A DNA stretch of 64,000 bases, taken from an uncultured Planctomycetota bacterium (GTDB lineage: Bacteria; Planctomycetota; Planctomycetia; Isosphaerales; Isosphaeraceae). The stretch is taken from positions 4,512,001 through 4,576,000 of the forward strand of contig CAVTTN010000002.1 in the NCBI GenBank assembly GCA_963737655.1. The letters run 5' to 3'. Every line of letters begins with the position of its first letter. The stretch's first letter is position 1. This document shows, piece by piece, positions 19,909 to 28,767 of this stretch. The notes under the pieces are model-generated. The model made no database searches, was not told the origin of the DNA, and saw only the letters and a program-made list of their open reading frames with translations. The translations under genes and the position numbers were made by a program.

Positions 19909-20048
19909 GCTTCCGTAGAATACCCCGATCGAAGAGGTCGATCGAGTAGGTCCGACTTCAGTCGGGCCTGCAAAATGTCTCGTTTTTTGGGCCCGACTGA
20001 AGTCGGACCTACTCGTTTCCACATTCTCAACGGAGTTTTCTACGGAGC
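19909..20048. mobile_element. MITE-like element copy 3 with REP family A doublet (19946-20012)
   Basis: Ends GCTTCCGTAGAA / TTCTACGGAGC; REP A arms inside. Confidence 0.75.
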
Positions 20049-20068
20049 ACTTCCGACCCCTTTTCCCT

Positions 20069-20671
20069 TCAAAAAACGCCGCTCGGAACGACGAACGGCC
20101 TGGCGGCATCGGGGTTTGAATAGTAAGTAACAAGATACCGCGACACACTGACGACAAAAAACAAGACACCGCTCACTTCGGGATACGCACTGAAGAGGCC
20201 TGTTTCTGGATGAAACAGCACTTCCGTCATTTCTTCCGGCTCAACATCCGCGAAGAAATCGCCGTAGATTCCGACGATGTAGGGAACTTGCTGGTCATGG
20301 GCGAGTTGTTTGTATGTTGCAAATTTGCCCTGCGTTGTCGCGTACAACCGATCGATGTTGTGACCTCTGCCCGCATTGAAGTTTACGACCTCAATCATGG
20401 CGGCTAGCGTTTCATCTTGGTTGACAACACTCCAGTCAGGCGTCCTACCGCCAACAACACGTTCGTGATCGACGCGATTTCCAAGCGTAGCCAAATATGC
20501 ACCGATAACTAGTTCGCGGAATGTGTGCATTCTTTCGTCGTTATACTCAGTGCGAGGTAGCGACAAGAATTTCTTGGCGAAGGCTGCGGCATCCCGATCC
20601 CTGATATGCTCAAAGCAACGATAGATGGTCCGATTGATGCTCGAATTGTCTGCGAGGACGCCGTACTTCAT
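20069..20671 (-). CDS. Hypothetical protein (low GC, likely acquired), possible PD-(D/E)xK-like fold
   Basis: 200-aa ORF, visibly AT-richer than flanks; EL.IG..L, TPDW...IEV pattern. Confidence 0.65.
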   Translation of the reverse strand: MKYGVLADNSSINRTIYRCFEHIRDRDAAAFAKKFLSLPRTEYNDERMHTFRELVIGAYLATLGNRVDHERVVGGRTPDWSVVNQDETLAAMIEVVNFNAGRGHNIDRLYATTQGKFATYKQLAHDQQVPYIVGIYGDFFADVEPEEMTEVLFHPETGLFSAYPEVSGVLFFVVSVSRYLVTYYSNPDAARPFVVPSGVF

Positions 20672-20683
20672 CGTGGCAGCTCG

Positions 20684-20708
20684 AAAAAAGCCCCGCCTTC
20701 AGCGGGGC
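20684..20708 (-). terminator. Rho-independent terminator
   Basis: Minus strand GCCCCGC-TGAAG-GCGGGGC followed by TTTTTT, downstream of the 20743-20973 gene. Confidence 0.7.
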
Positions 20709-20742
20709 AGGTGGATGTGTCGCCAAACAGCGGCCAAGCCGC

Positions 20743-20973
20743 TTAGGACTTCTTCTTACGGTTGTATGGTGACTGGTTGGTCGGCGTAAGGGGGATACCT
20801 TCCTTTGACGCTTCAGCGTAGATCGCCTCGGGCGTGCCGCCCATTTTAAGGCCGATGACGCGGGTTGGCGTGTTTCCCTTCGCCAGCTCTTTGAGTTGCT
20901 TCACCTCAACGGCTGTCCACACCTTGCCAGCAGCTGTCCACACCTTGCCAGCATTTGCGGGTATTTTCGCCAT
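20743..20973 (-). CDS. Small basic hypothetical protein (HTH/Myb-like pattern)
   Basis: WT..EVKQLKELAK.NTPTRVIGLKMG.T..AIY..AS..G..L.PTNQSPY; GAAGGGGG upstream of ATG 20973. Confidence 0.75.
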   Translation of the reverse strand: MAKIPANAGKVWTAAGKVWTAVEVKQLKELAKGNTPTRVIGLKMGGTPEAIYAEASKEGIPLTPTNQSPYNRKKKS

Positions 20974-21183
20974 GCCACACCCCCTTCGGGGCAACTGAAC
21001 TTCTGCATCGTACCGCCTCGAAACCGTCGTGTGCAATACCAGACTCATCCTCTGTCTAGATTTCGCTTTTCGCAAGCTTTGGAGCGTTAAGACGTGCTGG
21101 ACTGGTTGGCACGCGGCCTAGAGGGGCAACATGTTAATGTGGGATTTCTTTCCACGTTGATCTATTCTCCTTCCTCACGCCAG

Positions 21184-21462
21184 TCACCCTCCGCCGGCCT
21201 CGCTCGTCAACGCGGGTCGGGCGGCCGGGGGCGCCTCGACGAATTCCTCACACCCTGGGGTCGGGGCGGCCACGGCCTGCCGGGGCGATCGGTCGGAACC
21301 TGGCGCGAGTGCCGGTCTCGGTGGGAGTCGGACCAATTCTCGGCCGCTGGCGAGGCCTAGATCGTGGAGGGCCGCGACCATCTTCGGGATGTCGTATCCG
21401 TGGGACGCCGCGAACGCCTCTCGAACCTCTCGGACTTCCCGCACCACCTCGTCCTCGGTCAT
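21184..21462 (-). CDS. Small protein, putative antitoxin partner of the PIN gene
   Basis: MTEDEVVREVREVREAFAASHGYDI; ATGA overlap with the PIN gene stop. Confidence 0.65.
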   Translation of the reverse strand: MTEDEVVREVREVREAFAASHGYDIPKMVAALHDLGLASGRELVRLPPRPALAPGSDRSPRQAVAAPTPGCEEFVEAPPAARPALTSEAGGG

Positions 21463-21943
21463 GGCTGGTCCTCCGGCGGCGGCAACTCCTGGGGCGTACA
21501 GATCAACGGCGGCTCGCACCCGGCCGCCCGGCACGCCGCCTCGATCCGGGGGCGGAGCGAGGCGTTGGCGATGTGGACGCAATTCCACGTCAACAGGAGA
21601 AGTGCATCCCGTGGACCGCAGCCGTCGCGATGTGGACGGCGTCTGCCGCCGCGCGGGGCGGGATCGGCACGGCCCGCGCCAGGGAGGAGGCCAAACTGGC
21701 CACCTCCGCGGTCTGGTCCAGGAGGGGCAGCCCGTCCACGGCGGCGAGCCGCGCAGCAGCGGCGGCCGGGTCGCCGGCCTGGCACTCGGCCAGGACCAGC
21801 GGCGAGACGAACAGGTCGAACGCGGCCCGCCGGCCTCACTCCTCGCGGGTCACCTGCTGGTGGGCCGACCGGAGCAGGTCGCGGCTCGGCCACGCGGTCA
21901 GGTAGCTGGGGACCGTCGTCTCGACGTACACGCGGGGTTTCAT
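21459..21943 (-). pseudogene. PIN-domain (VapC-like) toxin pseudogene
   Basis: MKPRVYVETTVPSYL...DAVHIATA.VHG...LLTWNC.HIAN...ICTPQEL; in-frame TGA at 21836-21838 and frameshift near 21600. Confidence 0.85.
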
Positions 21944-22014
21944 GGATTGTTAGGGTATCGCGGCGTTCATCGCTCGACAAGCAGCCCCGGGGAAATGGAA
22001 AAGGGGTCAGGAGT

Positions 22015-22143
22015 GCTCCGTCGAAGAGGTCCGATTTCGCGGCCCTTGGACGGCTTCGCGACCTCGTATTGCCCCGAAAGTAAGGGCCTCTTGAGATTCC
22101 ATTTGGCCGAGATGCCCCCGAAATCGGACCTATTCTAAAGAGC
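22015..22143. mobile_element. MITE-like element with about 25-bp imperfect terminal inverted repeats
   Basis: GCTCCGTCGAAGAGGTCCGATTTCG / CGAAATCGGACCTATTCTAAAGAGC, flanked by AAAAGGGGTCAGGAGT and AAGAATGTCCCCTTT. Confidence 0.65.
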
Positions 22144-22191
22144 AAGAATGTCCCCTTTGGTCCCTCCCCTTCCTTCCCTCGGATCGCTGAC

Positions 22192-22935
22192 TCAGGCGTT
22201 CGTGCCGCCATCGACTGTCAGGTTCGCACCGGTGATGTAAGACGATTCCGGGCCGGCGAGGAACGCCACCAGCGCCGCGACCTCTTCGACGCTCCCATAG
22301 CGGTTGAGCGCCGTGTTCGCCAACTGGGGGACGGCCCAATCTCCCGCGGCCGGGTTGAGATCGGTGTCGATCGGGCCCGGTTGGACGTTGTTGACCGTGA
22401 TGCCCCGGGCTCCCACTTCCCGGGAGAGCCCCTGCGTGAACATCTTGACCGCCCCCTTGGTCGCCGAGTACGGGACCAGGCCGGGGGTGAGGATGCGTTC
22501 GCCCACGCACGAGCCGATCATGATGATCCGGCCGCCGTTGGTCATGTGCTTCAGGGCCGCCTGAGTCGCCACGAAGGTGCCGCGGATGTTGATGGCGATG
22601 ACGCGGTCGAGCTCCTCGAGCGTCGTCTCCTCGAATGGCTTCGGGATCGCGATGCCGGCGTTGTTGACCAGGATGTCGAGCCGGCCGAATGCCGACGCGG
22701 CCTCATCGACGGCATGCTTCACCGCGTCGGCGTCGGCCGCGTCCGCCCGGATCGCCATCGCCTTCCCGCCGGCGCCCTGGATCGCGTTGACGACCGACGC
22801 GGCGGCGTCCGCGCCCTGGGAGTAAGTGATCGCCACGCCGGCCCCTTCCGCGGCCAGCCGCCTCGCGATCGCGGCACCGATCCCACGCGATCCGCCGGTG
22901 ATGAGGGCGACCTTGTTTTTCAAGAGTAGCGACAT
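22192..22935 (-). CDS. SDR-family oxidoreductase (FabG-like), candidate cassette gene
   Basis: TGGSRGIG, NNAG, YSATK, PGPIDT, ITGANLTVDGG. Confidence 0.93.
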   Translation of the reverse strand: MSLLLKNKVALITGGSRGIGAAIARRLAAEGAGVAITYSQGADAAASVVNAIQGAGGKAMAIRADAADADAVKHAVDEAASAFGRLDILVNNAGIAIPKPFEETTLEELDRVIAINIRGTFVATQAALKHMTNGGRIIMIGSCVGERILTPGLVPYSATKGAVKMFTQGLSREVGARGITVNNVQPGPIDTDLNPAAGDWAVPQLANTALNRYGSVEEVAALVAFLAGPESSYITGANLTVDGGTNA

Positions 22936-22969
22936 CGTGATCCAATTTCCTCTGAGATGAAGTTATGGC

Positions 22970-23069
22970 ATTTAACGCCAAAGCTCAGCGGACCCACACC
23001 GCCGAGTGAGCGATGATAACACATGAAGTGCCGCAGCGTTGCGGGGTCCGCTGCAGCGCGAGGTCAGGC
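22970..23069 (-). other. attC-like integron recombination site
   Basis: Minus strand R'' GCCTGAC..GCTGCAGCGGACCC ... GGGTCCGCTGAGC..R' GTTAAAT; stem with a single-base bulge. Confidence 0.8.
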
Positions 23070-23202
23070 GGCCCGGCCAGGTTGTTCGCGCCGGTCTCAG
23101 GATGACAGAGCGACCTGATATGTGTGTCCATAGGGAAATATTTCCGATTTCGTTCGCGCCCTGATTCGTTCGGCGCCGTGTCACTCCGGCCCCGCCCGCC
23201 GG

Positions 23203-23735
23203 TCATTTGACGGAGTCCACGAGCCGCTCCGCGCCGGCCTTCGGGAAGAACCCGACGACGGGGCGGAACGTCTCGGCCCGGTCCCCGTCGGATGCGCCCG
23301 GACCGGGCCCTTGTGGTACCATTGCAGCGTTTCCCAGCACCCGCCGTCCACGAAGACGGTAAGCAGGCGCGACTCCCGGTCCCCGCATGCTGCGGCCAAC
23401 TTGTCCCTGGCCTGCTTGGTGAGGTGGAAGGTGACGTCATGGTTCTCGGCCAACAGTAGCCCACCCCCCGAGAGGTCGTAATTCTTGAGGGTCACCTCGG
23501 TAACCTCGGCGGCGGTGAGGATCAGGGCCGCCTTCTTGTGCGGGTACACGAGCGACTTCGGGCCGTCGCTCAATTGGATGCCCGGTCCCTCGGTCACGCC
23601 GTCAATCTGCTTGAGCTCGACCCAGCGGAGTTCGATTTTGGCCTTCGGCTTTGCGGGCGGCTCCTGACCCACGACGGCCGGGGCGTCGATCGAACACGCC
23701 ACCATCACCAGAGCGATCGCCACGTGCCGCAGCAT
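23203..23735 (-). CDS. Exported SecDF-P1-head-like protein, paralog 2 (frameshift near 23305)
   Basis: Signal peptide then QEPPAKPKAKIELRWVE; C-terminus DRAETF...VGFF...AERLVDSVK lies in another frame but aligns with paralog 1. Confidence 0.65.
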
Positions 23736-23752
23736 GATGAACCCTCCGAGAA

Positions 23753-23850
23753 GTCCAACGACCCAAGCTCACCTCCACGGCGGCATCAGGTGCGCTCGAA
23801 GCCCCGGAAAACAATCATACCGCCGGTTCAGTTGCAGCGCCTGGTTCGGC
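23753..23850 (-). other. attC-like integron recombination site
   Basis: Minus strand R'' GCCGAAC-CAGGCGCTGCA ... GGTGAGCTTGGGTC-R' GTTGGAC, followed by GGAGG and ATG 23735. Confidence 0.8.
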
Positions 23851-23885
23851 GTCTGGCGGCGCGCGTTGCCCACTTCGGCCACCGA

Positions 23886-24410
23886 TCACCTGAAGGAATC
23901 GACGAGCCGCTGGGCCTCGCCCTCCGACAAGAAGAATCCGACATCGACTTGGAACGTGTCGGCCCGCGCCTGGTCCGGGACGGACTTCTTGTCCTTGTCC
24001 TTCTCGTACCGCCAACATCCCCAACTCTGCCCGTCCACGACGACCGTCAGCCATCGCGACTCGTTGCCTTCGACCGTCGCGGCCAGCTTAGCCCGGGCCT
24101 CCTTCGTGAGGTGGAGGGAGACCTTGTACAGCACACCCAGGCCGTTCTTCGTCCAGTCGTGCTTGGAGAGGCGGGCCTCGGAAACTTCGGTGGGGGTGAG
24201 TAGGAGGGCCGCCTTCTCGTGCGGGTACATGACGTCCATCGGGTCGCAAGTCGTCTGGACGCCCTTGTCCTCGGTCAGGCCCTCGACACGCTTCGCCTCC
24301 ACCCAGCGGAGTTCGACCTTCGGCTTCGCGGGCGGCTCCTGACCCAGGATTGCTGCGACACAAGCCGAACTCACCGCCATCCCCAGGGCAACTCGCATGT
24401 ACCACGGCAT
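23886..24410 (-). CDS. Exported SecDF-P1-head-like protein, paralog 1
   Basis: Signal peptide; LT..EV..A...V.L.LTKEARAKLAA.......LTVVVDG pattern. Confidence 0.7.
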   Translation of the reverse strand: MPWYMRVALGMAVSSACVAAILGQEPPAKPKVELRWVEAKRVEGLTEDKGVQTTCDPMDVMYPHEKAALLLTPTEVSEARLSKHDWTKNGLGVLYKVSLHLTKEARAKLAATVEGNESRWLTVVVDGQSWGCWRYEKDKDKKSVPDQARADTFQVDVGFFLSEGEAQRLVDSFR

Positions 24411-24557
24411 GACTCACCCTCCCAAGGCCGGACTCGTGATTCGCCCGCGAGCCGTCGGACGCCCGACGTGAGGCCTCGCAGCCCATCACCCTAACGAGGA
24501 ACCTGCGAGGCGGCCCGATTCGCGTCGGGCGTGAACGACAGGTGAAGGGCCCTCGCC

Positions 24558-24600
24558 GCCTAACCTAACTTAGATGGACGAAAGGACGTGTTTATATCAC
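24558..24600 (-). other. Candidate attI site at head of the cassette array
   Basis: AT-rich GTGATATAAACACGTCCTTTCGTCCATCTAAGTTAG then GTTAGGC (GTTRRRY) with no attC-type palindrome. Confidence 0.45.
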
Positions 24601-24898
24601 ATCCACCGCAGGCCGATAGGCACGCGTGCCGCCACCGGCGGCAAACGCTAGCCTATCGACGATGAGAACACATCACAATAGGCGGACGGCGCCGATCCGG
24701 ACGATCGGCCCTGGCAGTTCCCGGGGGGGCGGCCCTCCGAGGGGCTCGTCCGAGGGCGGGGAATGGGGGCGGGCCGCCGCGGACGGGCGATCCGCGGCGT
24801 TGTCATGGGCCCTTTGCGCGTTGTACAATCCCCGTCGAACCGCCCTGCGACGCCGACCCTCGCCCGCGACCCGCCGATTTCCTCTCGGGGACCGTCCG

Positions 24899-27800
24899 AT
24901 GCCGCTCGCCTCCCTTCGCCGGGCCTTGCCCGCGATGCTCGGCCTCGCCCTTTCGCTGGCCTCCCTCGCCCCCTCGACGGCCCTGGCCGCGAAGCCGAAG
25001 GTGCCCGAGGGGTTCGAGGCGAAGCTTGCCGCCGCCGTCCCCGCCATCGAATTCCCCTGCCAGGTCGCCACGGCGCCCGACGGCGCCTTCTTCGTCGCCG
25101 AGGACCCGATGGACCAGGTCGGCCCGTATGAGGCCTTCCACGGCCGCGTCCTCCGCTTCAAGGAGATCGGCGCCGAGCCGACCGTCTTCGCCGACGGCTT
25201 CCGCGCCGTCCAGGGGATGGCCTGGCATGACGGCTCGCTCTACGTCTGCCACATGCCGTTCCTGACCGTCTGCAAGGACGCCGACGGCGACGGCAAGGCC
25301 GAGTCGAAGACTATCCTGTTCAAGGATCTGGGGCCGACCGACAATCGCGGCCTGAACGACCACATCGTCTCCGGCCTCCAGTTCGGGATGGACGGGAAGC
25401 TGTATATCTCGGTGGGTGACAAGGGCGTCCCCCTCGCCCACGGGATCGACGGCCGGACCGCCACCATCGAGGGCGGAGGCTGCCTCCGCTGCAACCCCGA
25501 CGGCACCGGCCTGGAAGTCTATTCGACCGGCACCCGCAATCATCTGGAAGTGAACCTGGACGCACTCGATAATATTTTCACCTACGACAACACCGACGAC
25601 GGCCTCGGCTGGTGGACCCGCGTCACCCACCACATCGACGGCGGCTATTATGGCTATCCCTACGACTATCACCCCCGGCCCGACCGCCACCTCCCCCGGA
25701 TGGCCGAATACGGCGGCGGCTCCCCCTGCGGCGCCGCCTTCTACAAGGAGGACGCCTGGCCCGAGAAGTACCGGGGGATGGGCTTCTGGGCCGAGTGGGG
25801 CAAGGGCAAGGTCCAGGCGTTCAAGTTCGAGAGGCAGGGCGCCTCGTTCCGCGTCGCCGAGACGATCGACTTCGCCGTGAAGGACGACGGCCTCGACTTC
25901 CGGCCCATCGACGTCGCCTTCTCCCACGACGGCAAGACCCTCTTCGTGGCCGACTGGGGCACCGGCGGCTGGGGCAACGCGAAGGAAAAAATCGGCCGGG
26001 TCTGGGCGATCACCTACACGGGGAAGGTCGAGACGAAGCTCCGGAGGGCGGAGGGCGACGAGAGCCTCCACCACCTCGAAGGCTCCCTGATGCACCCCGC
26101 GTTCTCCGAGAGGATGAAGGCCCAGGAGGACCTGATCCGCCTGGCCCGCAAGGACGCCGAGACGCTCCGGCTCGCCAGGATGCACCTCCTGGCCAACGGC
26201 CCGCTCCCCCAGCCCCTGACACATCCCCTGATCAAGCGCCACCTCGTCTGGGTGATCAACGCCGTCGAGGGGGACAGGCCCTCGGGCCGGGATGCCCTGA
26301 TCGGTGCGCTTCGGGCCACCGATGCCGAGGTCCGCGCCCAGGCCGCCCGCGCCCTGGGCGAGCGCGGGACGAAGGAGGCGGTGGCCCCTCTCGCGAAGGC
26401 TCTCAGGGATGACGATCCGAGCGTCCGCTTGCACGCCCTGATCGCCCTGGGGCGGATCGGCGACCCGGACGCGGTCCCGGCGATCGTCCCTTTGACGGCG
26501 GATTCCGACCCGTTCCTCGCCTTCGCCGCCCGGGCCGCCCTGAGGCGGATCGGCGACTGGAAGACGATCGGGGAAGCGGGCCTCGCCTCGGCCGATCCCC
26601 GGGTCCGCATGGCGGTCCTCGCGGCGATGGAATCGCAATACGACCTGGCCGCCGCCGGCGAGCTGATCAAGCACGCGATGGGCCCCGACCATCCCCCGGC
26701 CGAACGGGCGAAGGCCCTGTTCTACCTGTCGCAGGTCCATCGCAAGTCCAAGCCCTGGGACGGCCGATGGTGGGGCACCCGCCCGGCCGACGGCAAGCCC
26801 CGGCCGAAGGACATCGAATGGGACGGCACCCGGGGCATCCTCGAAACCGTCCGCGCCGAGCTCTCCGACCCCGATCCGGCCGTCCGCATCGCCGCGTTCG
26901 ACGCCGTGAGGACCACCAACGATCGCGGCTCCCTGCCCGGGCTCCGCGAGCGGTTCTCGAAGGACACCGACGAGAACATCCGTCGCGATATCGCGCTGAT
27001 CCTCGGCGAGATGGGCGACGTCGAGGCCCTCCCCCTGCTCACGGCGGCCCTCCGCGACCCGAAGGCCGCCGAGACGGTCCGGGACGCGGCGCTGAAAGCG
27101 GTCGAGGAGATCGGCTCGGACTCGGCCACCTCCGCCCTCCTCGAACTCCTCGCGAAGCCCGACCTCGCCGCCGATCGCGCCCGGAGGGTGATCGCCGCCC
27201 TCGGCCGGTTCAAGGCGACGGCCGCCGTCGCGCCCCTGGTCGCGAGGCTCGGCGACCCCTCGGCGCCGGTCCGCGCGGCCTCGGCCGAGGCCCTGGGACG
27301 GATCGGCAAGCTCGACGGGGTCGGGCCCGCCCTCCGAGGCAAGCTCGATGATCTCGATCTCGACGTCCGCAAGGCCGCGATCCAGGCCCTCGGCACCCTG
27401 AAGGACCGCGAGGCGATCCCCGCGTTGATCCTCGCCTCGGGGAAGGCCGACACCCGGTTCGAGGCATCGCTCGCCCTGACCGCCCTGCCCGACATCCGCT
27501 CGCTCCAGACCTATCTGCACGGCCTCTCCGACCGCAACCCGGACCTGAGGAGGGCGAGCTCCCTCGCCGTCGCCGCGATCCGCGACCAGGCCGCGCCGGT
27601 GCTCTCGAGGCTCGCCGAGCGCCACGAATTGCCGGCCCCGGCGCTGCCGGAACTCACGAAGATCTACACCGGGGTCCAGCCGATCGGCCAGTGGCAGATC
27701 CTCGGCCCGTTCAAGATCGACGGCCCCCCGCCGTTCGCCGTGACGGCCCCCGTCGACCTCCTCCGCGACTACCCCGGCGCGACCGACAAGGCCGCCCGAT

Positions 27801-28651
27801 GGCAGCTCGTCAAGGCGGTGGACGACAAGGGGCAAGTCGATCTCAATCAGGTGTACAACGGACCGCCGGGCGACCTCCAGGCCTTCGGCTATGCCGAGGT
27901 GAACAGCCCGTCGGCGAGGAAGGCGGACGTGGTCTGCGGCTCCGACGACACCCTGACGCTCTGGGTCAACGGCAAGGAAGTCTATGATTTCGCCGACCGT
28001 CGCGGGTTCGACCCCAACGCCAAGAGGCTCCAGGTCGACCTGACCGAGGGGGTCAACCGGATCATCGCCCGGTGCGGCAATCGCGGAGGGCCGTGGCAAT
28101 TCTCGGTCGCGGTGACGGTGCCGGCGGAGTACGCCTTCCTCAAGGCCGCGCCCAGCGAGGCGTTCGACGCCGAGTCGTACCGCCGGTTCGCGATGGGCCG
28201 CCCGGGGAATCCCGCCAAGGGCCGGGCCCTGTTCGCCGACCTCAAGGGCCTGGCCTGCGTGAAGTGCCACGCCGTCGGCGGCCAGGGTGGGGCCGTCGGG
28301 CCCGACCTCTCGGACATCGGGGCCCGTTATCCGAAAGACGAGATCATTCAATCGATCCTCTATCCCTCGGCCAGGATCTTCTCGGGCTACGAGCCGAACA
28401 TCGTCGCCACCACCGACGGCCGGACCCTCACCGGGATCGTCAAGAGCGACACCGCCGAGGCCCTCGAACTCGTGGACGCCGAGGCCAGGACGATCCGCAT
28501 CCCCAGGGCCGACATCGACGCGAGGAAAGTCAGCGACGTCTCCCTGATGCCCACCGGACTGGCCGAAGGACTCTCCCGGACCGACTTCGCCGACGTCATC
28601 GCCTACCTCGAAACCCTCAAGGACAAGCCCCCCGCGGCGAAGAAGCCCTGA
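24899..28651 (+). CDS. PVC-type heme-binding protein (dehydrogenase-like beta-propeller, HEAT repeats, CxxCH)
   Basis: Signal peptide; VPEGF, FGMDGKLYISVGD, GTRN, FRPID; HEAT repeats; CVKCH..GG.GG.VGPDLS; SLMPTGL. Confidence 0.9.
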   Translation: MPLASLRRALPAMLGLALSLASLAPSTALAAKPKVPEGFEAKLAAAVPAIEFPCQVATAPDGAFFVAEDPMDQVGPYEAFHGRVLRFKEIGAEPTVFADGFRAVQGMAWHDGSLYVCHMPFLTVCKDADGDGKAESKTILFKDLGPTDNRGLNDHIVSGLQFGMDGKLYISVGDKGVPLAHGIDGRTATIEGGGCLRCNPDGTGLEVYSTGTRNHLEVNLDALDNIFTYDNTDDGLGWWTRVTHHIDGGYYGYPYDYHPRPDRHLPRMAEYGGGSPCGAAFYKEDAWPEKYRGMGFWAEWGKGKVQAFKFERQGASFRVAETIDFAVKDDGLDFRPIDVAFSHDGKTLFVADWGTGGWGNAKEKIGRVWAITYTGKVETKLRRAEGDESLHHLEGSLMHPAFSERMKAQEDLIRLARKDAETLRLARMHLLANGPLPQPLTHPLIKRHLVWVINAVEGDRPSGRDALIGALRATDAEVRAQAARALGERGTKEAVAPLAKALRDDDPSVRLHALIALGRIGDPDAVPAIVPLTADSDPFLAFAARAALRRIGDWKTIGEAGLASADPRVRMAVLAAMESQYDLAAAGELIKHAMGPDHPPAERAKALFYLSQVHRKSKPWDGRWWGTRPADGKPRPKDIEWDGTRGILETVRAELSDPDPAVRIAAFDAVRTTNDRGSLPGLRERFSKDTDENIRRDIALILGEMGDVEALPLLTAALRDPKAAETVRDAALKAVEEIGSDSATSALLELLAKPDLAADRARRVIAALGRFKATAAVAPLVARLGDPSAPVRAASAEALGRIGKLDGVGPALRGKLDDLDLDVRKAAIQALGTLKDREAIPALILASGKADTRFEASLALTALPDIRSLQTYLHGLSDRNPDLRRASSLAVAAIRDQAAPVLSRLAERHELPAPALPELTKIYTGVQPIGQWQILGPFKIDGPPPFAVTAPVDLLRDYPGATDKAARWQLVKAVDDKGQVDLNQVYNGPPGDLQAFGYAEVNSPSARKADVVCGSDDTLTLWVNGKEVYDFADRRGFDPNAKRLQVDLTEGVNRIIARCGNRGGPWQFSVAVTVPAEYAFLKAAPSEAFDAESYRRFAMGRPGNPAKGRALFADLKGLACVKCHAVGGQGGAVGPDLSDIGARYPKDEIIQSILYPSARIFSGYEPNIVATTDGRTLTGIVKSDTAEALELVDAEARTIRIPRADIDARKVSDVSLMPTGLAEGLSRTDFADVIAYLETLKDKPPAAKKP

Positions 28652-28767
28652 GGGGAATCGTCCGAGGGGAAGTTGTCGGTCGGGCGACGCACCTCGTTCG
28701 TGCGCCCCCCGACCGACATCCGTCGACTTCCCCGCCGACCACCGACCACTCCGAAGCCGGTCCCAAT

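Noticed and set aside
7547..20012. Recurring palindromic repeats as a CRISPR array
   Set aside because: Copies are inverted doublets scattered kilobases apart, not direct repeats with unique spacers; no cas genes.
21073..21093. AAGCTTTGGAGCGTTAAGAC as an attC right end
   Set aside because: Opposite strand to the array and no matching left arm found.
24561..24600. AT-rich segment as a dif/Xer site
   Set aside because: No convincing 11-6-11 XerC/XerD arms; position fits attI better.
28674..28718. Imperfect hairpin after the heme-protein gene
   Set aside because: No U-tract and no second copy in the window; cannot be classed as terminator or REP.
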